64,000 nt of DNA from Bacteroidota bacterium (GTDB lineage Bacteria; Bacteroidota; Bacteroidia; JABEUT01). Both the position numbers and the translations under genes were made by a program. The stretch covers positions 217 through 64,216 of the forward strand of contig JABDHI010000005.1 of NCBI GenBank assembly GCA_013285655.1, in the 5' to 3' direction. Each line of letters begins with the position of its first letter. Positions within the stretch are counted from its first letter, which is position 1. The notes beneath the pieces were generated by a model that did not search any database, was not told where the DNA came from, and was given only the letters and a program-made list of their open reading frames with translations. Below, one piece after another: positions 48,219 through 57,415 of the stretch.

Positions 48219-51159
48219 AGGCGTCTTGCTCCTCTTTTACTTTAGGGTTAATACTTTCTAAAAGTTTCTTCATTACATTATCTGTAAATGCCATTGAATT
48301 ATTTTCAAAATAATCGAATGCAAATTTCGGAGCATACTTTCTGGCAAAATCGTAGAGAAGCATAAGGTTCATATCACACTCCAGCAAATGCTTAGCAACG
48401 GGATTCAGGTAAATATCTAATTCTTTTAATATTATACCATCAGAAGTGCGTTTCTTTTTGCACCATTCAGAACTCCAAAAAGTTGATTTAGCAGTATTCA
48501 CTTCATGTTGCCTGTATTGCACTACCGGAATGTCAATATTACATATGCCTTTCCCTCTAAGAATTGCATCTAATGCTATCCACCAATCGTGGTAAACAAA
48601 TCCATCAGGCACCGGCAACGACCTTTGAATACATTCTCTGGTTATAAGTGTTGCACAACCAAGCATTGGATTCTCTTTTATATAATTTTCTATGCTATAT
48701 AATGATGTCTTATTTATTTCATATGCATCATGCATATATTGTGCAGGGTGGTATGCGCCACTATCATCTATAATTGTAAGCTGTCCCTGAACAATATCAA
48801 AATCATCTATCCGCTCTAATAATGTCTCAAGCTTATTTAACTCCCAAATATCGTCCTGATCACAAAGTGAAATATATTCTCCCTTTGCAACCTTAAGGCC
48901 ATTTGAAAAATTACCTACCAGCCCTTTTTCACTTTTATTTGTAATTACGGTAATACCATATTGTTTACTGTATTTACTAAGAATCTCCACAGTTTTATCC
49001 GTTGAATTATCGTCGCTTACAATTATCTCAAAGTTGCCATAGGTTTGAGAAACAAGACTTTCTAATTGCTGTTCAAGATACGCCTCGCCATTATAAGTAG
49101 CCACTACAATTGAAATAAGTGGCTTTTTTTTCATCCGTTTAGTCCTCTCCCTTATAATATTCTTTATTGGGTACGTATAGTTACCAAGATAGTATTCTTT
49201 AATGTTATTCTTATAGTCCTCATCATTATAAACCCTTAAATCTAATTCTCGTAACGTATCATTAAAATCATTGTATATTTTTTCAGTATCAAGCTTCTTT
49301 ATATCGGAAACAATTTTACCAAGCATATCAAAATAGCTATCATAAATATTCAAATAACCATCATATTCCTCATTAAAGAACATATGATTCTTAACTGTAA
49401 ATGATATTGCTCCAGATCGTATACTTTCCATAAAATACCCATCAATACCCTCCCCAAAAGTAATCATCCATTTTGCCCTGGTAATTGTATCTAAGTATTC
49501 AGTATAACTCATGTTTTTAATTTCCACCAATTTATACTTTGGAAATTCATGTTTTAATAGTGATAGAACATCATCTTTAAAGGGATTACCATCGGGGGAA
49601 TAGGCAATAATGTTCTCCTTTTCCTTAAAAGGCCGATACTTATACTTAATTAAATTACTTGTACTAAAAAAATGAACTGGTATGTTATAACTCGATCTCA
49701 ATTGCCTGGTACAATATCTTTTATGTGCGCAGGTCATTGTGGTTTGCCCAAGTAATTTCAAATAATCAACAATCTTTGGGCGGGGCATTACAAGCATATT
49801 CTGGTTCAGAATATTTAACTGCGTCTTCTTCAACCTCTTTAACCAGTTTGAATCAACCGCATTAATTTTTAACAGAAAATAGAACACATAAATTTCTGGT
49901 ATATGAACAATTATTTCCTCCAATTCAGTAAAATAGCTTCTTAACTGGTCAAACCTTAAAATATTAAAACCAGCATCGAATTTGGTATACTCAAAAAAGG
50001 TAGTGACTGAGGGCAAAGTAGCTACAACAATAACATGGTCCGATAATTCCTTTATACTACTAGTAACCCGGGCCATTGAGCAAATTGACATAACGCCACC
50101 ACCAATTATATCAACTTCAGGAACAAGGTATACAATGAGTTTTTTAGTGTGTTTGCTATATTTTGTACGAATGTACTCGTCTTGTTTCCTTTTATATTCA
50201 TTATTTAAATCGTAATCAATTACATGGGGCTCATGATAAATACGATTTTGTTCATTCTTTCCATAAAGTTCATAATGTAATAAAGGATTACTTCCCAATG
50301 CCTCCGCATCCTTATTCAATAATAAATATTGAACCGTAGAAAATCTATCTGAAGGGTTATATAAATTTTTCCAGCCGTGGTGTAAATAGTGTTCTGCAGG
50401 GTCTTGATGAGGATCAAGGTTGTAGTTTTTCGAGTACCACTCCCCATCAAATAACTCTGATTTTGCAATAATTATTTCGTCAGTAGGCCTTGTTTTCTGG
50501 CCTAAATTGGCATTATTCGATAATTCTGTTCCTTGGGGCAGAGATTTCGGACTCCTGCCTTCATTGTGGCCGTGAGTTAGATAGTGATATAGGGGCTCTA
50601 AATTAGCCTGTTTTATATCAGGATATGATTCAAGATAATGGTTAACTTCAAATAATGAACTAGGGTTTCTTCCTTCCTTCCAACCATGAGTTAAATAGTG
50701 ATATAACGGCTCAATATTTGCTGCTATCAAATCAGGATTACATTCAAGATAATATGTTATATCGAATAATGGGTTGGGGTTCAATCCTTTTCTCCAACCA
50801 TAGGTTAAATAATGATATAACGGCTCAATATTAGCCAACTCAACTTCCGGATTAGATTCAAGATAATATTTCACATCAAACAGAGGATTAGGATTTCTCC
50901 TCTCTCTCCAACCATCAGTTAAGTAGTGCGAAAACGGCTCAATGTTTGCTTCTTTTACATCAGGATTAGCATCGAGATAATATTTAACATCAAATAACGG
51001 ATTTGGGTTTCTTCCATTCTTCCACCCGTGCCCTAAATAATCTTCTATCGCCCCGATATGTGTGGCTTTACTTAAGCCATATGTATTGAGATAATAATCA
51101 AAATCGAAATAATTAAAACCGTTAATAATAAAAGTATCTTTTTTAAATGAATGTGCCAT
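48199..51159 (-). CDS. Multidomain glycosyltransferase: N-terminal 38-aa repeats + GT-B-like domain + C-terminal GT2 (rhamnosyltransferase-like)
   Basis: Repeats FDxxYYLxxNPD...HYLxxGWxEGRNP; GGGVMSI and EGIDGYFME (Ex7E); ATYNGE, SDDNSTD, CDQDDIW, HDWW, YRQH. Confidence 0.88.
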   Translation of the reverse strand: MAHSFKKDTFIINGFNYFDFDYYLNTYGLSKATHIGAIEDYLGHGWKNGRNPNPLFDVKYYLDANPDVKEANIEPFSHYLTDGWRERRNPNPLFDVKYYLESNPEVELANIEPLYHYLTYGWRKGLNPNPLFDITYYLECNPDLIAANIEPLYHYLTHGWKEGRNPSSLFEVNHYLESYPDIKQANLEPLYHYLTHGHNEGRSPKSLPQGTELSNNANLGQKTRPTDEIIIAKSELFDGEWYSKNYNLDPHQDPAEHYLHHGWKNLYNPSDRFSTVQYLLLNKDAEALGSNPLLHYELYGKNEQNRIYHEPHVIDYDLNNEYKRKQDEYIRTKYSKHTKKLIVYLVPEVDIIGGGVMSICSMARVTSSIKELSDHVIVVATLPSVTTFFEYTKFDAGFNILRFDQLRSYFTELEEIIVHIPEIYVFYFLLKINAVDSNWLKRLKKTQLNILNQNMLVMPRPKIVDYLKLLGQTTMTCAHKRYCTRQLRSSYNIPVHFFSTSNLIKYKYRPFKEKENIIAYSPDGNPFKDDVLSLLKHEFPKYKLVEIKNMSYTEYLDTITRAKWMITFGEGIDGYFMESIRSGAISFTVKNHMFFNEEYDGYLNIYDSYFDMLGKIVSDIKKLDTEKIYNDFNDTLRELDLRVYNDEDYKNNIKEYYLGNYTYPIKNIIRERTKRMKKKPLISIVVATYNGEAYLEQQLESLVSQTYGNFEIIVSDDNSTDKTVEILSKYSKQYGITVITNKSEKGLVGNFSNGLKVAKGEYISLCDQDDIWELNKLETLLERIDDFDIVQGQLTIIDDSGAYHPAQYMHDAYEINKTSLYSIENYIKENPMLGCATLITRECIQRSLPVPDGFVYHDWWIALDAILRGKGICNIDIPVVQYRQHEVNTAKSTFWSSEWCKKKRTSDGIILKELDIYLNPVAKHLLECDMNLMLLYDFARKYAPKFAFDYFENNSMAFTDNVMKKLLESINPKVKEEQDAYEKEKQ
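50539..51108 (-). repeat. Five tandem 114-bp (38-aa) intragenic repeats, with two more degenerate copies extending to about 50236
   Basis: Recurring aacggctcaat and caagataat units at 114-bp spacing; peptide repeats start at residues 18, 56, 94, 132, 170. Confidence 0.9.
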
Positions 51160-51249
51160 TTTTATTTTTTACTCAATTTACATTTGGGGATTGTCCGATA
51201 TCATTATTTGTCAAAACATTTTGTATTGGAAATGCACCTATAATTTTAA

Positions 51250-53091
51250 TTATTTTTTTAATACTTTGTATTTCATAATTCCGAATATCGAACGATTTTC
51301 ATATGTATCCATATACCATTTAACAGAGTCTTCAAACTCGCGGTTTAATTCTTTCATTTTCAATAGTGCTTGTTCATTATTTAAAACATTCTCCGTTAGC
51401 TTACGTATTTCACGTTCATAATTGTTTTTATTTTCAACCAATTTATCTTCCAAATTACTACACTCTTTTGATATTTTACTTATCACTTCATTTTTCAAAG
51501 AAATTTCAGATAATAACAACTCCTTAACCTTTGTTGATTGATCATTTAAGCTACTCATTACCCTGACTGCCTCAGAATGTGACTCCTTTTCAAAAGTGAG
51601 AGCATTCTCAATATCAAGTTTTTGCCCTCTTAATTGCTCAATCAATGATTGATTATCAAGAATATGTTTCTCTTTTTTAGAAATACTTTCCTCTAATGCT
51701 CTTGCTTCTATTGAGATTTTTAGCAATGATTGCTCTAACTTATCTTTTTCACTATTTAACTTACCTATTATTTCCTTATTAAAACTAAGCTCGGTAAGCA
51801 ATGCTGTATTATCTTGAATCAATTGCTTAATATGTGAACCAGATTCCATAGCAGCCTTCAAATTATTTTCCTTCTCACTGATGAGCATTCTATCCAAATG
51901 TTCAATTTTTAACCTCAATTGTAATGTTTCTGATTCGTATTTTAAAATACTTATATCCCGATCTGATAGATTCTTACCAAGAACTTTAACCTCAGCAGAT
52001 ATCTTAGCAAATTCCTTTTCTATTGCTTCCTTGTCAATCGTGGCTTGGGCAATAAGATTATCCTTTTGGTTCAATTCCTTTTCCAAATGAATTTTGTTGC
52101 TACTTAATTCCTGAATTACTTGACCTTTAGTTTCCAAGCCATTTAGCAAGGCATTATTCTCGTTCTTTACATGGCCCAGTATCTCATTTAATGACGAAAG
52201 TTGCTCTTTCAAATTGTTTCTTTCACCAATAACACTATCCCGCTCATTTATAACATTATCTCTCTGTTTCTCAATTTCAGTCTTTTCAATATACTGTGCC
52301 GCTATAAATTGGTTCTTCTCATTTTCAATTTGCATCTTCTCATTTTGCAGGGCAACTATTAATTGATTTTTCTCGTTCTCAATTTGGTCATTTTGATTCT
52401 GAAGCCTATTTATTTCTTCTCTTAATGAATTGATTAAATTTTCATTATTTACAACTATACTGTTTTGTTTGTTACTCTCTTGTGTATTACCCTCATACTG
52501 TTTTTTATATTTAAATCGAACAAAATCCTTTTTATACAATTTATATATCCGGTCTTTTTGTTGTTCATTTAATACAAATCCTTCCTTTATACTATTATTA
52601 ACCTTAGGAAGGGCGTTCTCGATATGATACAATTTCCTTAATTTATCAAAACCCTTGTTAATATTTTCAAACCGCAAAACATGATCATACTTAATACCTT
52701 CAAAATAAAAGTGCATTGGGTAAAAATGATCAAAATATATATCTTCTTTATATTTATTATTATTCACAACTTCTTCTCTTAAGGCCAAAAAATCATCGAA
52801 ACTGCCTGTTATAAGACTTGAAGCATGAGCATCATTTTTCATCCAAAAATAATCACTAACTACTCTATCGTATGGGTTGCGAATTATAGTAAATTTTTTA
52901 TATTCTGCCCAGGTTTTATTGCTTATATATTTCCCTTTCAATTGTTTTGGAAGCGCATGTTGAAGTATTGGGCTTGAAAATGTTATTAGATTATCCGAAG
53001 TTTCAGCTAAATCTAATGCGCGCCATACTGATATACCTGCACATTTGGGTATATGTATAAATATCAATTTATATTTATCACTAATAGGCAT
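51250..53091 (-). CDS. Sulfotransferase (Sulfotransfer_2-like) fused to a long coiled coil
   Basis: FIHIPKCAGIS and IRNPYDRVVSDY PAPS-binding motifs, LRFEN; about 380 aa of E/K/N/L heptad-rich sequence; basic amphipathic C-terminus. Confidence 0.85.
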   Translation of the reverse strand: MPISDKYKLIFIHIPKCAGISVWRALDLAETSDNLITFSSPILQHALPKQLKGKYISNKTWAEYKKFTIIRNPYDRVVSDYFWMKNDAHASSLITGSFDDFLALREEVVNNNKYKEDIYFDHFYPMHFYFEGIKYDHVLRFENINKGFDKLRKLYHIENALPKVNNSIKEGFVLNEQQKDRIYKLYKKDFVRFKYKKQYEGNTQESNKQNSIVVNNENLINSLREEINRLQNQNDQIENEKNQLIVALQNEKMQIENEKNQFIAAQYIEKTEIEKQRDNVINERDSVIGERNNLKEQLSSLNEILGHVKNENNALLNGLETKGQVIQELSSNKIHLEKELNQKDNLIAQATIDKEAIEKEFAKISAEVKVLGKNLSDRDISILKYESETLQLRLKIEHLDRMLISEKENNLKAAMESGSHIKQLIQDNTALLTELSFNKEIIGKLNSEKDKLEQSLLKISIEARALEESISKKEKHILDNQSLIEQLRGQKLDIENALTFEKESHSEAVRVMSSLNDQSTKVKELLLSEISLKNEVISKISKECSNLEDKLVENKNNYEREIRKLTENVLNNEQALLKMKELNREFEDSVKWYMDTYENRSIFGIMKYKVLKK

Positions 53092-53400
53092 CGTAGGGTA
53101 CTTTGCTTTTCAACCGTAAATTAAAATTATAGCAGTACTTTCCTTTTTTTAATACTATCTAACAAATTACGTTGTATTTTTAAGGCAATTCAATTATGCC
53201 AATATTCTTGGCAAGAATCATACTTAAAACAACTTAATCCGTCAAAAATAGGCATAATCTTCCATACTACTAAGGTCATTTCATCAATTTTGAAGCTTGT
53301 GCCATGTCCTTTTTCAATTTATTTGATTAAAAATAATAAATTTACTTTGGTTTTTAATTTTATCGGGCAATAAATGCTTAAAGCATTATCTCCATTATAA

Positions 53401-55641
53401 ATGCAGAATACAGAAAACAATATAGGGAAGGACGAAATTTCAACTCTAAAAAATGAACTACAATGGTATAGGGCTACTTATGAAACTCGTTCGCTGCTGG
53501 GTATCATAAAAGACAGACTCATTAGGGTTTTCAAGAAAAAAGCACCAGAAAAACCGATTCGAACCGATTCAAATAAAGGTATCCAATCATTTGAACGCCA
53601 TAAATCAGATTACATATTTTTTTATCCAAAAAACAAGAAAGAAAAACTAATTGAGTTTCATAAAATCAAGCCATTTTTTTATAAAGGGAACGAAGAAATA
53701 TGGAGTTCTTATACTAAAAAAGAGGTTGATATTGTTATCCCAATTTATAATGGGTTACACTTTTTAAAAATTCTTCTTCCTCAAATATTTGAAAGAAGTG
53801 ACATACCCTTCAGGCTCCTATTGATTAATGATTGCAGCCCGGATAAAGAAATCATTCCTTTTCTTGAATCCTTTAACAGTAAAAAAAATGTAATTATTAT
53901 AAACAATGCAACTAATTTAGGATTTACCGGATCAGTAAATAAAGCCTTAAAAGAAACAAAAAATGACGTTGTTCTATTAAATACTGATACCGAAGTACCC
54001 ATTAACTGGCTATCACGGCTTTTTAATCCCATATTTACCGACCCTAAAGTTGCTACAGTTACTCCTTTCTCAAATTGTGCAACTATAGCTAGCTTTCCCA
54101 ATTATGACGACAATCCAATTTTCGAAAACCTTAATGTTCAGCAGCTGGATGATCTTTTTAAATCGTTTGTAAAGCCAGGAAGTATTGAAATGCCAACAGG
54201 AGTTGGATTTTGTATGGCCATCAGTAAATCTGCCCTTGAATCTGTTGGCTTGCTGGATGAAGAAAACTTTCCTAAAGGCTATGGAGAAGAAGTTGATTGG
54301 TGTATGCGTGCAAAAAATAAAGGCTTAAAAAATGTATTCGTGCCCAACCTTTTTGTTTACCATAAACACGGAGGAAGTTTTGATTCGGCAACTAAAAAAA
54401 GTTTATCTGCGTCTCATCAAAAAACCTTAGATAGTCTTTACCCTCAATTCCCAACTGAAGTAGCTGATTTTGTAGAACTATCTATTCAAAACCATGTCAG
54501 GAATTTTTTGCTATTGCTAACCTGTTCTAAATTAGCAACACAAACGATTGTGTATTTTGACCACGAACTTGGTGGTGGGGCAAATTTATATACAGATAAT
54601 TTCATTTCAGATAATAAAGCAGATAAGCTTATAATATGCGTTTCTTTCATTCACCCGCACTCTAATACGAAGAAACAATACGCAATTAGGTATTATTATA
54701 AGGAACATCATAACGCTATTCATATTAATAGCCTAAATGAGTTGGAAGATTTTTTTGAGTATTTACAAATTCACGAAGTAATTATCGGAAGTCTTATAAC
54801 ACATGAGAACCTAAAAGATATTATCAATTCGATTAAGAAAATTATTGCATTCCAAAAATGCAAATCAAAATATTTGGTTCATGATTACCATTCTATTTGC
54901 GCCAATTTCAATTTAATGTACCAAGGCGAAAAATTCTGCAATATTCCTGATTTTAAAACCTGCAGTACTTGTAAAATAAGAGAGGTAGTAGAACCAGTAT
55001 TGATAAACAAGGATTTTGTAAGTGTACAAAACCATCGCGAAGTTTTGGGCGTATTTTTAGACAATGATATAGATAAGATAGTATGCTTCTCTCCCAGCAG
55101 TAAAACATTGCTAATTAAAGCCTATCCCTTTTTAGATGATTTAAAAATTCAAATTGTACCACATAAGGTTAAAGAATACAGGCCAATTAATATTGGAGTA
55201 ATAGGTAGTATTCATTCCAAAGCCAAGGGAGGCGAAATAGTTCACCACATCGCAAAAATTCTTGAAAAAGAAAGAAACCCACATAATATTAGAATAATTG
55301 TTTTCGGTGAAGTTGGCGCCCAGTTCGATCATCATATGATTCAAAAAAGCGGAACTTATGATAGGCATTATTTGTATGATCTTATTTTGAAAAATTACAT
55401 AGATGTAATTCTCATTCCATCTATATGTTCTGAAACCTTTTCATATACCACAACTGAAGCTATAATGACGGGGCTCCCCTTATTCTGTTTCAACCTTGGT
55501 GGTCAAGCTGATCAGGTTAAAAACTATGCGAATGGCCATATAATTGAGGAATTAACACCTGAAGCAACTCTTAAAATTATAACTAATTATATTAACAATA
55601 CCAGAAAGCAACCGAATAAAGCCTTAGCTGTAATTGAATAA
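53401..55641 (+). CDS. Two-domain glycosyltransferase (GT2 + GT-B/GT4-like)
   Basis: DIVIPIYNG, INDCSPD, NLGF, LLNTDT, GYGEEVDWCMRA; C-terminal ETFSYTTTEA (Ex7E). Confidence 0.9.
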   Translation: MQNTENNIGKDEISTLKNELQWYRATYETRSLLGIIKDRLIRVFKKKAPEKPIRTDSNKGIQSFERHKSDYIFFYPKNKKEKLIEFHKIKPFFYKGNEEIWSSYTKKEVDIVIPIYNGLHFLKILLPQIFERSDIPFRLLLINDCSPDKEIIPFLESFNSKKNVIIINNATNLGFTGSVNKALKETKNDVVLLNTDTEVPINWLSRLFNPIFTDPKVATVTPFSNCATIASFPNYDDNPIFENLNVQQLDDLFKSFVKPGSIEMPTGVGFCMAISKSALESVGLLDEENFPKGYGEEVDWCMRAKNKGLKNVFVPNLFVYHKHGGSFDSATKKSLSASHQKTLDSLYPQFPTEVADFVELSIQNHVRNFLLLLTCSKLATQTIVYFDHELGGGANLYTDNFISDNKADKLIICVSFIHPHSNTKKQYAIRYYYKEHHNAIHINSLNELEDFFEYLQIHEVIIGSLITHENLKDIINSIKKIIAFQKCKSKYLVHDYHSICANFNLMYQGEKFCNIPDFKTCSTCKIREVVEPVLINKDFVSVQNHREVLGVFLDNDIDKIVCFSPSSKTLLIKAYPFLDDLKIQIVPHKVKEYRPINIGVIGSIHSKAKGGEIVHHIAKILEKERNPHNIRIIVFGEVGAQFDHHMIQKSGTYDRHYLYDLILKNYIDVILIPSICSETFSYTTTEAIMTGLPLFCFNLGGQADQVKNYANGHIIEELTPEATLKIITNYINNTRKQPNKALAVIE

Positions 55642-55663
55642 TGTTATGTTTCGCATTTACTGA

Positions 55664-56389
55664 ATGAGCAAAGTATTAGCCCTGACCCATATATATTATA
55701 ATCATTCATACAATATACTTAAACCACTGTTGTTAAATTTATCAGAATACGACACATGCTTTCTTTTTAGTATTAGCTTAGACTGTGTTGAGAGGAAAAA
55801 AATCACTCAATATATCTATACTGATTTCCCCAATTCCTTTATTATTGAAACACCAAATATTGGCAAGGATATTGGTGGAAAATTGGCTTTGTTGAATTTG
55901 GCATTGAAACTTAATCTACAGTCAGATTATATGGTTCTGCTGCATGACAAAGTAAGCCCCCAGGAGCTAAATGGTTTGGAATGGAGAGACAAACTCCTTA
56001 AAATAATTGACAAGGAAACCATAAAAACTATACTTAACTTATTTGAAACTAATACCTCAATAGGTATAATTGCAAGTGAAGAAAGCATTTCAGACGAATA
56101 TTCTGCTGAGACAGGCAACTTTTCAACTGTTAATAATAAAATGCTACAAGAATCAATCTCACTATATAATATAAAAACAGATAATTACAAATTTGTTGCT
56201 GGCACAATGTTTTGGACCCGTAATGCCTATATGAGTGATTTTTTCAAGCTCCATCCGCCTATTGAAATGAGAAAAAGACTTGAGCATGGCAACGTGCTTG
56301 ATAATTTGAATGGAACATTTACCCACACAGTAGAAAGGTTATTTGGTTTAATTGCCGGAAATTATGGCTATAAAATACAAGGAGTATAA
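55664..56389 (+). CDS. Rhamnan synthesis protein F (RgpF)-like
   Basis: HIYY, PNIGKDIGG, LHDKVSP, WR, FVAGTMFW, HTVERLFG. Confidence 0.85.
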   Translation: MSKVLALTHIYYNHSYNILKPLLLNLSEYDTCFLFSISLDCVERKKITQYIYTDFPNSFIIETPNIGKDIGGKLALLNLALKLNLQSDYMVLLHDKVSPQELNGLEWRDKLLKIIDKETIKTILNLFETNTSIGIIASEESISDEYSAETGNFSTVNNKMLQESISLYNIKTDNYKFVAGTMFWTRNAYMSDFFKLHPPIEMRKRLEHGNVLDNLNGTFTHTVERLFGLIAGNYGYKIQGV

Positions 56390-56392
56390 CAT

Positions 56393-57319
56393 ATGTTTTT
56401 TACAATTATCCCGATAAAACCACTCCAGATTTATTCAGAACTTGACAATAAAGATATTCTCGTAAAGTCTGCATTTGCTATTACATTATCGCCTACGGAA
56501 ATAAGCGAACAATCAGCATTCCTCTACGCACTAAAAAACAAACATTGTTTTCACATTGATCTTTCAGATTTTAGTTCTCAAAACCAAGAACAAGTTGAAC
56601 TGTTTTTCAAAAATCTGGCTCCATTATTTTTCAATACTTGTTATATTAAATTGGTACGGGAGCCATTAATATTAATAAGTATCGACAATGATGAAATTAA
56701 GAACCCTATTACTTTATTATTCAACAAAATAATTTCTGAACAGGGATTTAACGGCATAAGTATCCTATTTATAAAAAAATCCCTACCCGATAATTTTTCG
56801 GAATCAAATCCAAATGCGTATTACTCTAATAATCTTTCTATAACACAAAACAGTATTGACGCCAATAAAATGAAGCATTTACTCTTATCCGGAGCTTTGA
56901 TCGGGAAATACTTATTTGTAAATGACAAAATAGAAACAATTGATACAATAAGGAATTTTGTCGACGACATACTTAACTCAAACGAGGATGTTGCTCAATT
57001 GCTGCAATTGCATTATAATTTATTAAAACGCAACACTTTTTTAGAAGAGCATTTTGTATTAGATAAACAACAACTTGAAAACACTCAAGTAGCTCTGGGC
57101 TTAACAAAAGAGTCATTTAACCATGACCTTCAGTGGTACAAAAGCGAAACCAAAAAAATAAAGGATTGGAGTACAGAAGAAATTAGGAAAGTTAAAGAAG
57201 AAATCAGAAAAATTAATGAGTGGTATTATTTACAGTACGATATCTTACCTAAGTGGTATAAAAAATTAGGCAAGCTACTATTACGTTTCACAAAACCCTC
57301 AAAAGGTGGGGAGAAATAA
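56393..57319 (+). CDS. Hypothetical protein with C-terminal coiled coil and amphipathic helix
   Basis: Starts 3 nt after the RgpF-like gene; C-terminal heptads then EWYYLQYDILPKWYKKLGKLL. Confidence 0.75.
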   Translation: MFFTIIPIKPLQIYSELDNKDILVKSAFAITLSPTEISEQSAFLYALKNKHCFHIDLSDFSSQNQEQVELFFKNLAPLFFNTCYIKLVREPLILISIDNDEIKNPITLLFNKIISEQGFNGISILFIKKSLPDNFSESNPNAYYSNNLSITQNSIDANKMKHLLLSGALIGKYLFVNDKIETIDTIRNFVDDILNSNEDVAQLLQLHYNLLKRNTFLEEHFVLDKQQLENTQVALGLTKESFNHDLQWYKSETKKIKDWSTEEIRKVKEEIRKINEWYYLQYDILPKWYKKLGKLLLRFTKPSKGGEK

Positions 57320-57415
57320 TTTTCAATACACTTACAATGATTCAATTTTGCTAAATTGCTTGCTGTTTAGCAATTAATACAGAATATGCCTAAACCAATT
57401 ACTATTCAGTAATAT

